Shown here in pieces: positions 32,149 through 43,166 of a stretch of DNA of 64,000 nt; the stretch's first letter is position 1; each line of letters begins with the position of its first letter. The notes beneath the pieces are model-generated. The model saw nothing but the letters and a program-made list of their open reading frames with translations. It had not been told where the DNA came from and did no database searches. This DNA is from an uncultured delta proteobacterium (GTDB taxonomy: Bacteria > Desulfobacterota > Desulfobacteria > Desulfobacterales > Desulfatirhabdiaceae): the NCBI GenBank assembly GCA_963789395.1, contig CAWBKP010000014.1, positions 64,001-128,000 of the forward strand, in the 5' to 3' direction. A program made the position numbers and the translations under genes.

Positions 32149-32493
32149 CTAACCCTGATAGCGTGGTGATGCGGTGATCTGCGGGGATGTTACATGAGGC
32201 GGCGCACGCGCTTTTAATGGGATTGGAAATCCGGTGGAATATGCAAAAACTTTCTCGAATAAAGTGAGGGGGGATGTATCCTGGGATCGATCTAAATCGG
32301 TGGCAGCGCTGGCCGGAAGAACCCATAAAGTGATTTGCGGGGTGGCATGCGTATGAATCGGACAGGTCTGAGCATAACATTCGCAGAAGGAATGGAAACT
32401 TCCGGTATAGATGAAGAGGATGAGAAATCCCGTCAATATGAAGCTGATTGTTCTACGGATTATCAACTTAAACAATATCCTGCTCCATAACAC
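32149..32493 (-). CDS. Putative RAPP-type translational arrest leader protein (DUF2946/CruR-like architecture)
   Basis: Basic-hydrophobic N-terminus, H-x2-CEC-x4-CPIHTH, linker, then KARAPP (RAPP at 32197-32208) 15 codons before the stop. Confidence 0.6.
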   Translation of the reverse strand: MLWSRILFKLIIRRTISFILTGFLILFIYTGSFHSFCECYAQTCPIHTHATPQITLWVLPASAATDLDRSQDTSPLTLFEKVFAYSTGFPIPLKARAPPHVTSPQITASPRYQG

Positions 32494-32767
32494 ACTGGAA
32501 GCGTGCTTACATTGAAAGGGCTTAAGGGCGCCCCGATTTAATAACGATGCGTTTTACGTACCATAGCCTCTTTCGAATCGTCAATGAAATTTATTAAAGG
32601 GGAATATCGGGGAAAAGTCGTTGCGCTGGATTGAATTGGAGCAATGCTCGAAACACACCCATCAACGTGCTGACAACCGTGTATCAAACTGGCAGCGCTG
32701 TCGATTTGACATTGGAATTTTGAATTTGTTTCGGATTTCGATATTCGAATTTATCCCCACCAATCTT

Positions 32768-33367
32768 TCACTTAAGGCAGGCCATCAATCCCAGAGTCAG
32801 AAAATACCGATGGAACCGGTCGTCGCCGGTCAGCTCGGGATGAAACGACGTCGCTAAAAGATTGCGCTGGCGGGCCGCAACGATACGGCCGTCCGGAAGC
32901 CGGGCCAGCACCTCTACATCCGCGCCCACGCTTTCGATGAGCGGTGCGCGGATAAAGACCGCATGAACCCTTCGATTGTCTTCCGCCGTGACGATCTCCG
33001 GAACTTCAAGATCGGTCTCGAAACTCTCCGCCTGACGGCCAAAGGCGTTTCGTCTGACGGAAATATCCATCAACCCCAGCATGGGTTGTGAATGTCGGAA
33101 ATCTTTGGCAAGGAAAATAGCACCTGCACAGGTTCCCCATACAGGCTTGGTTGAAGCCAGTTGGCGAATCGGCTCCATCAGGCCGAAGCGAACGGATAGC
33201 TTGCCGATGGTCGTTGACTCGCCGCCGGGAATAATGAGGCCGTCAATATCCACCAGATCATGCGGCAGGCGGACTTCAACGGCTGTTACGCCGATCTGCT
33301 CAAGAATGTGGACATGCTCGGCAAAATCGCCCTGCAATGCAAGAACACCAATTTTCATAATAACCAT
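32768..33367 (-). CDS. pdxT: PLP synthase glutaminase subunit
   Basis: GVLALQG, PGGEST, GTCAG, RNAFGRQ, FIRAP, FHPE. Confidence 0.97.
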   Translation of the reverse strand: MVIMKIGVLALQGDFAEHVHILEQIGVTAVEVRLPHDLVDIDGLIIPGGESTTIGKLSVRFGLMEPIRQLASTKPVWGTCAGAIFLAKDFRHSQPMLGLMDISVRRNAFGRQAESFETDLEVPEIVTAEDNRRVHAVFIRAPLIESVGADVEVLARLPDGRIVAARQRNLLATSFHPELTGDDRFHRYFLTLGLMACLK

Positions 33368-33467
33368 TCATGAATGAACCCGGCATTCACTCCCAAACAT
33401 AAATCATCCCTTTTGGAACAGGGGAGACTCTATTTTTCACGATACAGCCAAACTGTTTGATATCACC

Positions 33468-34355
33468 TTACCATCCGCGCACGGCCAGAAGCTCATTTTC
33501 CGGCATGGAGCTGACGGAGCGGCCGACCATGGGTTCACCGAGATTGCGGCTGACTTCAGCAACAATCTTCGGATCGCGGAAATGGGTTGTGGCCTCGACA
33601 ATGGCCTTGGCACGGCGTTCAGGATTTCCGGATTTGAAGATGCCGGAGCCGACAAAGACGCCATCCACACCCAGCTGCATCATGAGCGCCGCATCCGCGG
33701 GCGTGGCGATGCCGCCTGCCGCAAAATTGACGACCGGTAAATGCCCCAGTTCCTTCGTCTCTTTGAGCAATTCATACGGCGCCCCGATTTCCTTGGCAAA
33801 GGACATGAGTTCCTCGCTTCCCATGGCAATGAGGCGCCGGATTTCACCGAACAGGGTGCGCGCATGGAACACGGCTTCCACAACATCGCCGGTGCCCGCC
33901 TCACCTTTGGTTCGGATCATGGCTGCGCCCTCTCCGATGCGCCGCAGCGCTTCGCCGAGATTGCGGCAACCGCAGACAAAGGGGATTTTGAAGGCATGTT
34001 TTTCAACATGGTGGTGCTGGTCCGCGGGCGTCAGGACTTCGGACTCGTCGATATAATCCACCCCGATGGCCTCCAGTATCTGGGCCTCGACAAAATGCCC
34101 GATGCGGCATTTGGCCATCACGGGAATGGTCACCGCCTCCATGATTTTGTAGATGATATCCGGGTCACTCATGCGCGCCACGCCGCCGTGCACGCGAATA
34201 TCTGCGGGAACCCGCTCCAGGGCCATTACGGCGCACGCCCCGGCCTGTTCAGCGATTTTGGCCTGATCGGCTGTAACCACATCCATAATCACGCCGCCCT
34301 TCAACATCTGCGCCAGACCCCGTTTTAAACCCATAGTGCCGACAGTTTGATCCAT
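33468..34355 (-). CDS. pdxS: PLP synthase lyase subunit
   Basis: [43 protein letters not shown]. Confidence 0.98.
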   Translation of the reverse strand: MDQTVGTMGLKRGLAQMLKGGVIMDVVTADQAKIAEQAGACAVMALERVPADIRVHGGVARMSDPDIIYKIMEAVTIPVMAKCRIGHFVEAQILEAIGVDYIDESEVLTPADQHHHVEKHAFKIPFVCGCRNLGEALRRIGEGAAMIRTKGEAGTGDVVEAVFHARTLFGEIRRLIAMGSEELMSFAKEIGAPYELLKETKELGHLPVVNFAAGGIATPADAALMMQLGVDGVFVGSGIFKSGNPERRAKAIVEATTHFRDPKIVAEVSRNLGEPMVGRSVSSMPENELLAVRGW

Positions 34356-34478
34356 AACGCCTCCTTACTACTTTCAAATAAAAGTGTTCAAATATCGTTA
34401 CAGGCTATCCCCGGCCAAGGCCGTTTGCCCGCCGGGCGCGCCCCGATATTCACAATGGTGATTTTCTGTCATGAAGAT

Positions 34479-35258
34479 TTATTTCTTTAATGCGTGGCTG
34501 CCCAGCCGGACAAGCATGATCGCGGCAACCACAGCCAGAGAGATTCCAATGACCTGAGAGACTGAAAAAATATTAAAATAAGTCTGTCCCCGGAAATCAC
34601 CCCGGAAAATTTCGATAATGGGCCGGGTGATGCCGTAAAGCAGGACATATAACCAGAAGAGTTGGCCATGAAACCGGATTTTTTTTCGAAACAGCCAGAG
34701 TATGACAAATATCGAAAAATCGCTGAACACCGAATAGAGTTGGGTGGGATGCAGGGGAAGCCCCTGAGGCGCCAGGCTCTCGGGATGATTAAACGTGATG
34801 GCCCAGGGCAAATCACAGACCTTGCCGTAGCAGCACCCGGCAAAAAAACACCCGATCCGTCCGATGGCCTGTCCGGCAGCCAACCCCGGAGACATGATGT
34901 CCGTGGTCTGCCAGAACGGCATCGCCGTTTTCTTCATATAAATCATGGCCACGATCACGGCCATGATAAATCCCCCGTAAAAGACCAGGCCCCCGTTCCA
35001 GATGCGGAAAATCTCGACTGGATCGGAAAGAAATGTCCTCGGGTCCGTGAACACATAAAAGAGTCGTGCGCCGATAATCGCGGCAATCAGAATATAAAAA
35101 GACAGGTCCATGATTTTCTCGGAATCCTGCCCGACCCTGTCCGCTTCTTTTCGGGCAAGGGTGATTCCGGTAATAAACGCCAAGGCCATCATCAGGCCGT
35201 AGGTATATATGGCAAAGTTTCCAAACTTGACAAGTATCGGATGCATACGCTCCATCAT
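34479..35258 (-). CDS. lgt: Prolipoprotein diacylglyceryl transferase
   Basis: YG, GARL, GGL.FYGG, GRIGCF, HPTQLY, E.FR. Confidence 0.96.
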   Translation of the reverse strand: MMERMHPILVKFGNFAIYTYGLMMALAFITGITLARKEADRVGQDSEKIMDLSFYILIAAIIGARLFYVFTDPRTFLSDPVEIFRIWNGGLVFYGGFIMAVIVAMIYMKKTAMPFWQTTDIMSPGLAAGQAIGRIGCFFAGCCYGKVCDLPWAITFNHPESLAPQGLPLHPTQLYSVFSDFSIFVILWLFRKKIRFHGQLFWLYVLLYGITRPIIEIFRGDFRGQTYFNIFSVSQVIGISLAVVAAIMLVRLGSHALKK

Positions 35259-35776
35259 TCCGGCAGGTTATTAAAAAGGAGGTGAGCCACCAGAATCGCC
35301 ATTCCAACGGAAATAGCACTGTCAGCCACATTAAACGCCGGCCAGTGGTAACCGCCCGCATAAAAATCCAGAAAGTCCACCACTTCCCCGAATCGATACC
35401 GGTCGATCATATTGCCGATGGCGCCGCCGAAAATCATCAGCAGGGCCGTGGACAGCCATGAATAGGCAGCCGGGGTTCTAAGATAAAAGAAAAGAATGAC
35501 AACGGCCGCCAGGGTGGACATCGCCAGAAACAGAAAGCTTCTGACCTCCGGCCCCTGGCTGGCCATAAACCCGAAGGCGCCGCCGGGATTGTGAATGTGG
35601 GTGATATTGAAAAAGCCGGGTATGACCGGAATTGTTTCATACAGCGGCATCGTTCGCAAAATGGCCATCTTGCTGAGCTGATCCAGCACAATCAGGGTTC
35701 CGGACACCATCAGCAGTTTTACCACCTTGCCAATGGCCATGGAACGGGAATAACCCGGCAGAATATTCAGGTTCAT
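35255..35776 (-). CDS. lspA: Lipoprotein signal peptidase II
   Basis: DQLSK, NPGGAFG, GAIGN.IDR, VVDF, FNVAD; ATGA overlap with the ileS stop. Confidence 0.96.
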   Translation of the reverse strand: MNLNILPGYSRSMAIGKVVKLLMVSGTLIVLDQLSKMAILRTMPLYETIPVIPGFFNITHIHNPGGAFGFMASQGPEVRSFLFLAMSTLAAVVILFFYLRTPAAYSWLSTALLMIFGGAIGNMIDRYRFGEVVDFLDFYAGGYHWPAFNVADSAISVGMAILVAHLLFNNLPE

Positions 35777-38577
35777 GCGGGACCCGCAGCATCGATTGCA
35801 GCCAGACACCGGGGGCACAGGGTCGCATGTTCGGAGTGGGATCCAACACCGGTATCATAGACCCAGCAACGCTCGCATTTTGCCCCTTCCGCCGGTGACA
35901 CCTGAATGCTGAGACCGGCTATCTCCTGGCTGACATAGGCCGGAGAAAGGGTCTGGGAGGCCAACAGGGCAACTTGGGAAACGATAAACAACGGTCGCAG
36001 GTCTTCCTGATAGGAAAGAAGCAGGCGGTACAACGCATCTTCGGCTGAAATCACGACCCGCGCATCCAGGGGATGGCCGATCTGTTTTTGCGCCCTGGCT
36101 TCCTCAAGCGCCCGGGTGACTTCACTGCGGACCGCCAGAAGGCTCTGCCATTCCGCTGCAAGGCCAGGGTCAATCCACTCATGCTTGATGGCTGGATAGA
36201 GGGCAAGATGGATGCTGGCTTCTTTTTCGTGAACCGCCGGCATATGTCGCCAGATTTCTTCTGCGGTAAACGGCAGAATGGGGGCCATGAGACGGACCAG
36301 CGCATCCAGCACCGCGTACATCACGGTCTGGGCGCTTCTTCGCTCCGGTGATGCGGCTGGCGACGTGTAGAGCCGGTCTTTCAGGACATCCAGATAAAAG
36401 GCGGAAAGATCCACGGTACAGAAATTATACAGGGCATGGTGGACGATATGAAAATCATAGGTCGCATAGGCCTTCTGGGTCTTGTCCACCAGCTTTTGAA
36501 GGCGGTGCAGGACGTAGCGGTCCATGCGCGTCATGGCCTCAAAAGGTGCCGCATTGCTCTCCGGATCAAAGTCATGAAGGTTCCCCAGCATGAACCGGCA
36601 GGTGTTTCGGATCCTGCGGTAGGCATCGCTGAGCTGATTCAGGATATTATCTGAAATCCGGATATCGTCCCGGTAATCGGAAGCCGATACCCAGAGCCGG
36701 AGAATCTCTGCGCCATATTTATCCACGACTTTTTTGGGGGCAATGACATTGCCGATGGATTTGGACATTTTTTTACCGCTGGCATCCACAACAAATCCGT
36801 GGGTCAGCACCGCCTGATACGGCGCCCGCCCCCGGGTCCCGACTGCGGTCAGCAGGGCGCTGTGGAACCAGCCGCGATGCTGGTCGCTGCCTTCCAGATA
36901 CAAATCCGCCGGCCATCTCAGATACGGTCGATGTTCCAGAACCGCCGCATGGCTGACTCCGGAATCAAACCAGACATCCAGAATATCGGTTTCCTTGGTG
37001 AATGTGGCATTTCCGCAGGCCTTGCAAACCGAACCTTCGGGAAGCAGCTCTGCAACGGTTTTCTCAAACCAGACATCAGCGCCATGTGCCTGGAACAGAT
37101 TGAAAATATGCGCCATGATTTCCGGGCTGATCAGAATCTGATCGCAGCTCTCACAGCAGAACACGGCAATGGGAACGCCCCACGCCCGCTGACGGGAGAC
37201 GCACCAGTCCGGACGGTTTTCAATCATGCCGTAAATGCGGTCCCGGCCCCAGCCGGGGATCCATTTCACCCGGTCGATTTCTTCCAGGGCCTGTTTTCTG
37301 AGCCCGGTTTTGTCCATGGAAATAAACCACTGGGGCGTTGCACGGAAAATGACGGGTTTCTTACATCGCCAGCAGTGCGGATAAGAATGCTGCAGCGTTT
37401 CCTGCGCCACCAGACTGTCTGTTTCCCGCAGTTTTTCAATAATCGGGGTATTGGCTTTGAACACGAACTGGCCGGAAAAAAAGTCCACTTCCGGGGTAAA
37501 ACACCCGTGGTCATTGACAGGGGAATAAGTCTCCAGCCCATACTGCATGCCGACCTCATAGTCCTCGCGACCATGACCTGGCGCCGTATGCACACACCCG
37601 GTACCGGCTTCAAGGGTCACATGATTGCCCAGAATCACCAGCGATTCCCGCTCATAAAACGGGTGACGGCATTTCAGGTTTTCCAGTTTGCTGGAAGCAA
37701 TTTCAGCAAGGATCGTATAATTTGAAATGCCGAAGGTTTTCATGCAGGATTCAACCATGTCCCGGGCCAGTATGAACACTTTTTTGTCCGAAACCTTGAC
37801 AGCAGCGTAAACAAAATCCGGATGCAGGGCAATGGCCAGGTTCGCGGGAAGGGTCCAGGGGGTTGTGGTCCAGATGACAATATAGCAGGTGTCACCGGAA
37901 AGACCCGGCACGTCACGGCTCAACTCCCCCAGAAGCTCAAATTTTACATAGACGGATGGCGAAGATTCATCGTGATATTCAATTTCAGCCTCTGCCAGGG
38001 CTGTCTGGCACTGGCAGCACCAGTGAATGGGCTTTTTGCTGCGGATGAGGTTGTCGGCCAGTGCGAATTTCAGGCATTCGGTGGCAATGATCGCCTCGTA
38101 GGTATAGTTCATGGTCAGATAGGGATCATCCCATTCACCCATGACACCCAGGCGTTTGAATTCTTCCCGTTGAATATCAATGAATTTTTCGGCATACACC
38201 CGGCACTGCCGGCGGATATCGGCCTGGGACATGTCTTTTTTCCTGTCTCCAAGCTCCTTGTCCACATTGTGCTCTATGGGAAGACCGTGGCAGTCCCAAC
38301 CCGGAACATAGGCCGCATCGAAGCCCGCCATCTGGCGGGATCTGACGACGATATCCTTCAGGATTTTATTCAGCGCAGTACCGATATGAATATGGCCGTT
38401 GGCATACGGCGGTCCGTCGTGAAGAATAAACGGCTCCCGGCCCTTGGATGCCTTGCGGATCGTTTCATAGAGGCGGGCCTCGTCCCATTGTTTGATCTGC
38501 TCGGGCTCGCGTTGGGCCAGGCTGGCTTTCATCGGAAAGTCGGTTGCCGGCAGATTCAGGGTTTTTTTGTAATCCAT
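35773..38577 (-). CDS. ileS: Isoleucyl-tRNA synthetase (type 1)
   Basis: [11 protein letters not shown] (HIGH variant), WTTTPWT, KMSKS, C-terminal zinc finger CERC/CPRC. Confidence 0.98.
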   Translation of the reverse strand: MDYKKTLNLPATDFPMKASLAQREPEQIKQWDEARLYETIRKASKGREPFILHDGPPYANGHIHIGTALNKILKDIVVRSRQMAGFDAAYVPGWDCHGLPIEHNVDKELGDRKKDMSQADIRRQCRVYAEKFIDIQREEFKRLGVMGEWDDPYLTMNYTYEAIIATECLKFALADNLIRSKKPIHWCCQCQTALAEAEIEYHDESSPSVYVKFELLGELSRDVPGLSGDTCYIVIWTTTPWTLPANLAIALHPDFVYAAVKVSDKKVFILARDMVESCMKTFGISNYTILAEIASSKLENLKCRHPFYERESLVILGNHVTLEAGTGCVHTAPGHGREDYEVGMQYGLETYSPVNDHGCFTPEVDFFSGQFVFKANTPIIEKLRETDSLVAQETLQHSYPHCWRCKKPVIFRATPQWFISMDKTGLRKQALEEIDRVKWIPGWGRDRIYGMIENRPDWCVSRQRAWGVPIAVFCCESCDQILISPEIMAHIFNLFQAHGADVWFEKTVAELLPEGSVCKACGNATFTKETDILDVWFDSGVSHAAVLEHRPYLRWPADLYLEGSDQHRGWFHSALLTAVGTRGRAPYQAVLTHGFVVDASGKKMSKSIGNVIAPKKVVDKYGAEILRLWVSASDYRDDIRISDNILNQLSDAYRRIRNTCRFMLGNLHDFDPESNAAPFEAMTRMDRYVLHRLQKLVDKTQKAYATYDFHIVHHALYNFCTVDLSAFYLDVLKDRLYTSPAASPERRSAQTVMYAVLDALVRLMAPILPFTAEEIWRHMPAVHEKEASIHLALYPAIKHEWIDPGLAAEWQSLLAVRSEVTRALEEARAQKQIGHPLDARVVISAEDALYRLLLSYQEDLRPLFIVSQVALLASQTLSPAYVSQEIAGLSIQVSPAEGAKCERCWVYDTGVGSHSEHATLCPRCLAAIDAAGPA

Positions 38578-38836
38578 TCAGTCCTCCAACGTCAGATAAT
38601 TGATATTTAACTCAAAAATTTTAGTCGCAAAACCGTGTTGTGTCAAGGAAATACATGCCGGTTGTTCGCATTCGATGAGCGGCGATCTGCTATTGTTTCA
38701 CAAGGCGTCCCAGCCTTATTATTTTGACAACAGGCTCCATGAAATGATAAGATTTAATATTTTATATCATCTTGGCATTTTGTAACCATTTGTTTTTTTT
38801 TGCCCTCTTACCCATCTTGCGTGGAGAACATCACAC

Positions 38837-41296
38837 ATGGATACCAATACCCTGGAGCCTCTGGGAAACGACCCGCACAGCCTGAGGGACGCCTTGCTCA
38901 GACATCTGAAATATTCCCTGGGTAAGGAATTTCGCAGCAAAACCACCCGCGACATCTATCTTGCCCTGACCCTGTCCCTGCGAGACCGGCTGCTGGAAAA
39001 GCTTCTGGAAACCGAGGCCCGGTTTCAGGCGGCGGATGCCAAGCGGCTGTATTATTTATCCATGGAATTTCTGATCGGCAGGTCTCTGGGAAGCAATTTA
39101 ACCAATCTGGACCTATTCGAAGCCTGCCGCACGGCATTGACGGATCTGGGCGTTGACCTGGAAGAGGTCCGGGAACAGGAAACCGATGCGGCGCTCGGAA
39201 ACGGCGGCCTGGGACGATTGGCGGCCTGCTTTCTGGATTCTCTGGCAACCTTGGATTATCCGGGGTTTGGTTACGGCATTCATTATGAATACGGGTTGTT
39301 CCGGCAGGAAATCAACAACGGATACCAGAAGGAAAAGCCCGATCACTGGCTTACCAAGGCCGGGCCTTTTCAAATCGAGCGGGAAGAGGAGTCCTGCATT
39401 ATTCCGATTTATGGCCACATCGAGCATGTCCTGGATTTAAACGGAAATTACAACCCCATGTGGATGGACTGGCGGGTGATTATCGGTGTTCCGCACGACA
39501 TTCCGATTGTGGGTTTCGGCGCAAAGACTGTCAACTATTTAAGGCTGTATGCCGCAACGCCCTCTTCTGATTTCGATATTCAGATTTTCAACGCCGGCGA
39601 CTATTTCAGGGCCGTTGAACAGAAAATCAAATCCGAAACCGTCTCCAAAATTCTTTATCCCAGCGACACGTTTGATACGGGAAAAGAGCTGCGGCTGGTG
39701 CAGGAGTATTTTCTGGTCGCCTGCTCGCTTCGGGACATTATCCGCAGATACCTCAACACCCATCAGGGGTTCGACGATTTTCCGGATAAAGTCAATATTC
39801 AGATGAACGATACCCATCCTGCGCTTGCGGTTGCCGAACTCATGCGGATTCTTGTAGACGAACATTCTCTTGAATGGCAGACTGCCTGGCGCATCACCCA
39901 GAAAACCCTGGCCTATACCAATCACACCCTGCTGTCCGAAGCCCTTGAAAAATGGCCTGTCGGACTTCTGGAACACGTTCTGCCCAGGCATCTTCAGATC
40001 ATTTACGAAATCAACCACCGGTTTCTGGACGAAATCGCCGCACTGTGGCCCGAAGATACGGACCGGCTGCGCCGCATGTCCCTGATTGAAGAAGGCGCGG
40101 AAAAACAGGTGCGCATGGCGCATCTGGCCATTGTCGGATCGCATTCCGTCAACGGCGTGTCCGCCCTGCATACCGAGCTGATCAAAACATCCCTGGTTCC
40201 GGATTTTTTTGCCAGATGGCCGGAGCGGTTCAACAACAAAACCAACGGCATTACCCAGCGCAGGTGGCTTCTGAAAGCCAATCCGCTTCTGGCCGATTTG
40301 TTAAGCCAGACAGTCGGCAGCGAATGGGTCACGAATTTATCCCACCTGAAGCGCCTGGAGCCCTTTGCGGATGACCCGGCGTTTCAGGACCGGTTTCGAA
40401 AAATCAAACTGGCCAACAAGAAGCACCTGGCAAAAATCATTTATCAGACCACGCGCGTGAAAATCAATCCCGATTCCCGGTTCGATATTCACGCCAAAAG
40501 AATTCACGAATATAAGCGCCAGCTTCTGAATGTCATGCACATCATGCATGAATACTTTTGCATTGTCGAAGACGGCATTGAGCCGGCCGTGCCAAAGACC
40601 TATATTTTCGCGGGAAAGGCGGCTCCCGGTTACTGGGCCGCCAAACAGATCATCAAGCTGATCCATAATGTCGGGAACGTCATCCATAAGGACCGGCGGG
40701 TCAAGGACAGACTGAAGGTGGTCTTTATTCCGGACTACCGGGTATCACTTGCCGAAAAAATCATTCCCGCGGCGGAAGTGAGCGAGCAGATTTCCACTGC
40801 CGGCACGGAAGCCTCGGGCACGGGCAACATGAAGTTCGCGTTGAACGGCGCACTCACCATCGGAACCCTGGACGGGGCCAATGTGGAAATGCTGGAAGAA
40901 GTGGGAGAAGACAATATCTATATTTTCGGACTTAAAACCGGCGAGGTTCAGGAAATGAAGCAAACCGGCACCTACCGTCCCCTGAATTTTTATCACGAAC
41001 AGGACAGCATTCGCCGGGTGATGGACGCTTTCTGGGATAACCGGTTCTGTCCGCAGGAACCCGGACTTTTCCGCTGGCTTTACCACCATATCCTTGAAAA
41101 AGGAGATCCTTACTTTCATCTGGCGGATTTTCTGTCCTATTCCCGGATTCACGAAACCGCTGATGCGGATTATTTGCAGATTCCGGTATGGAACCGGAAA
41201 GCCATTCTCAATGTCGCCCGCATGGGAAAATTTTCCAGCGACCGGACCATCTCCGAATACGCCCGGCAGATATGGGATTTGGCGCCGGTACATTAA
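38837..41296 (+). CDS. glgP: Glycogen/alpha-glucan phosphorylase
   Basis: GNGGLGRLAAC, NDTHP, KRIHEYKRQ, PLP site EASGTGNMKF. Confidence 0.97.
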   Translation: MDTNTLEPLGNDPHSLRDALLRHLKYSLGKEFRSKTTRDIYLALTLSLRDRLLEKLLETEARFQAADAKRLYYLSMEFLIGRSLGSNLTNLDLFEACRTALTDLGVDLEEVREQETDAALGNGGLGRLAACFLDSLATLDYPGFGYGIHYEYGLFRQEINNGYQKEKPDHWLTKAGPFQIEREEESCIIPIYGHIEHVLDLNGNYNPMWMDWRVIIGVPHDIPIVGFGAKTVNYLRLYAATPSSDFDIQIFNAGDYFRAVEQKIKSETVSKILYPSDTFDTGKELRLVQEYFLVACSLRDIIRRYLNTHQGFDDFPDKVNIQMNDTHPALAVAELMRILVDEHSLEWQTAWRITQKTLAYTNHTLLSEALEKWPVGLLEHVLPRHLQIIYEINHRFLDEIAALWPEDTDRLRRMSLIEEGAEKQVRMAHLAIVGSHSVNGVSALHTELIKTSLVPDFFARWPERFNNKTNGITQRRWLLKANPLLADLLSQTVGSEWVTNLSHLKRLEPFADDPAFQDRFRKIKLANKKHLAKIIYQTTRVKINPDSRFDIHAKRIHEYKRQLLNVMHIMHEYFCIVEDGIEPAVPKTYIFAGKAAPGYWAAKQIIKLIHNVGNVIHKDRRVKDRLKVVFIPDYRVSLAEKIIPAAEVSEQISTAGTEASGTGNMKFALNGALTIGTLDGANVEMLEEVGEDNIYIFGLKTGEVQEMKQTGTYRPLNFYHEQDSIRRVMDAFWDNRFCPQEPGLFRWLYHHILEKGDPYFHLADFLSYSRIHETADADYLQIPVWNRKAILNVARMGKFSSDRTISEYARQIWDLAPVH

Positions 41297-41326
41297 CAGA
41301 CAACGCTATCAGTTCTGGAGGAATAT

Positions 41327-41680
41327 ATGCAGTTCGAAGCCGAAAAAATCGACGGCATTCTGATGTTGACACCTTGTGATACGATTATTGACGCATCCTC
41401 GGCAGCCGATTTCAAGGGCCAGCTCGTCACGTGGATACAGGAAGGCAATCCCCGCATTCTGCTGGATTTATCCAACATCGAGTTTATAGACAGCAGCGGA
41501 CTGGGGGCCATCATCTCCCTGTTAAAGCTGCTGGCTGGAAAAGGAGACATCAGCCTGTGCGGCATTCGCGATCAGGTGATGTCTCTGTTCAAGCTTACCC
41601 GAATGGACCGGATATTCCGGATTTATCCGTCTGCTGCCGAGGCGCTGGATGGCATGAGGTCGGCTGCTCCCGAGTCCTGA
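41327..41680 (+). CDS. STAS-domain anti-sigma factor antagonist
   Basis: LDLSNIEFIDSSGLG with the phosphorylatable Ser. Confidence 0.92.
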   Translation: MQFEAEKIDGILMLTPCDTIIDASSAADFKGQLVTWIQEGNPRILLDLSNIEFIDSSGLGAIISLLKLLAGKGDISLCGIRDQVMSLFKLTRMDRIFRIYPSAAEALDGMRSAAPES

Positions 41681-41719
41681 CCATTTATCTGTGAACTGTC
41701 TGAAAGGATGATTGCTGTT

Positions 41720-43166
41720 ATGGAATTTGAACCGGTTATCGGGCTTGAAGTGCATGCCCAGCTGAAAACCAGATCTAAAATCTTCTGCGGATGTTCAACC
41801 GAATTCGGCGCGGAACCCAATACACACGTCTGCCCGGTCTGCCTGGGAATGCCCGGCGTATTGCCCGTATTAAACAGGAAGGTGGTTGAATTCGCACTTC
41901 GAATGGCCATTGCAACGCACTGCCGGATTTCGCCGGAAAGCCGTTTCGCCCGAAAAAACTATTTTTATCCGGATCTTCCCAAAGGGTATCAGATTTCCCA
42001 GTACGAACTGCCGATCGCACTCGGCGGGTATATTGATATTGAAATGAGTGAACACAACAAGCGCGTCGGCATCACCCGGATACATATGGAAGAAGACGCG
42101 GGAAAACTCCTGCATGACCCGGATCAATCCTTCAGCCGGGTGGATTTGAACCGCACCGGCGTTCCGTTGATTGAAATCGTCAGTGAACCCGATATGCGGT
42201 CTCCGGAAGAAGCCGGGGCCTATCTGCGCAAGCTGCGATCCATTCTTCGCTATCTGGATATCTGTGACGGCAACATGGAGGAAGGCAGCTTTCGCTGCGA
42301 CGCCAATGTTTCGATCCGGCCTGCTGGAACAGAACCGTTTGGTACGCGCACCGAGCTGAAAAACCTCAATTCCTTCAAGCATGTGGAAAAAGCCATTGCT
42401 TATGAAATCAACCGGCAGAAAGATGTTATACTGGACGGGGGGCAGATATTCCAGGAAACCCTTCTCTGGAATCCGGACATGGGCCGGACAACGTCCATGC
42501 GCAGCAAGGAAGAGGCCCACGACTACCGCTATTTTCCCGATCCCGACCTCTTGCCGCTGACGGTTGACGACATCTGGATTCAGCAGATCACACAGAGTCT
42601 GCCGGAGCTTCCGGATGCCAAACGCGATCGGTTCTCAACGGACTATGGACTGCCTGCCTACGATGCCGACGTGTTGACCTCCAGCCGCGAACTGGCGGAT
42701 TATTTTGAATCCTGTCTTGAAAATTACACAAATCCCAAGCAGGTAAGCAACTGGATCATGGGATCGCTGCTGGCGCTGTTAAACGCCGAAGGCAAGGATA
42801 TTCAGCAGTCTCCGGTTTCTCCGCAGGCGCTTGCCGCGCTGTTGAAGCTGATCGATACCAATGTCATCAGCGGTAAAATCGCCAAGACCGTTTTTGATGA
42901 AATGGCCCGGACAGGCTTGCCGCCGGAAACCATTGTTCAGGAAAAAGGGCTTGTTCAGGTCACCGATTCCGCCCAAATCGAGCAGATCGTTCAGAAAGTC
43001 CTTGCCGCAAACCCCAAGGAAGTATCGGATTATCACAGCGGCAAGGAAAAGGTATTTGGTTTTTTTGTCGGCCAGGTCATGCGCGAAACAAAAGGGAAAG
43101 GCCAATCCCCAGCGCGTCAATGAGATCCTGAAAATTCGGCTTGGCACGGGTCCTGAAGTGATATGA
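41720..43166 (+). CDS. gatB: Asp/Glu-tRNA amidotransferase subunit B, frameshift near 43100
   Basis: [36 protein letters not shown]; the tail KGKANPQ is in another frame. Confidence 0.96.

Noticed and set aside
32705..32752. Degenerate heptamer-like run (ttggaattttgaatttgtttcggatttcgatattcgaattt)
   Set aside because: Short low-complexity intergenic repeat with no spacers or associated gene.
32768..34355. pdxST as a horizontally acquired novelty
   Set aside because: A well-known pathway; its origin cannot be judged without phylogeny and there are no mobility signals.
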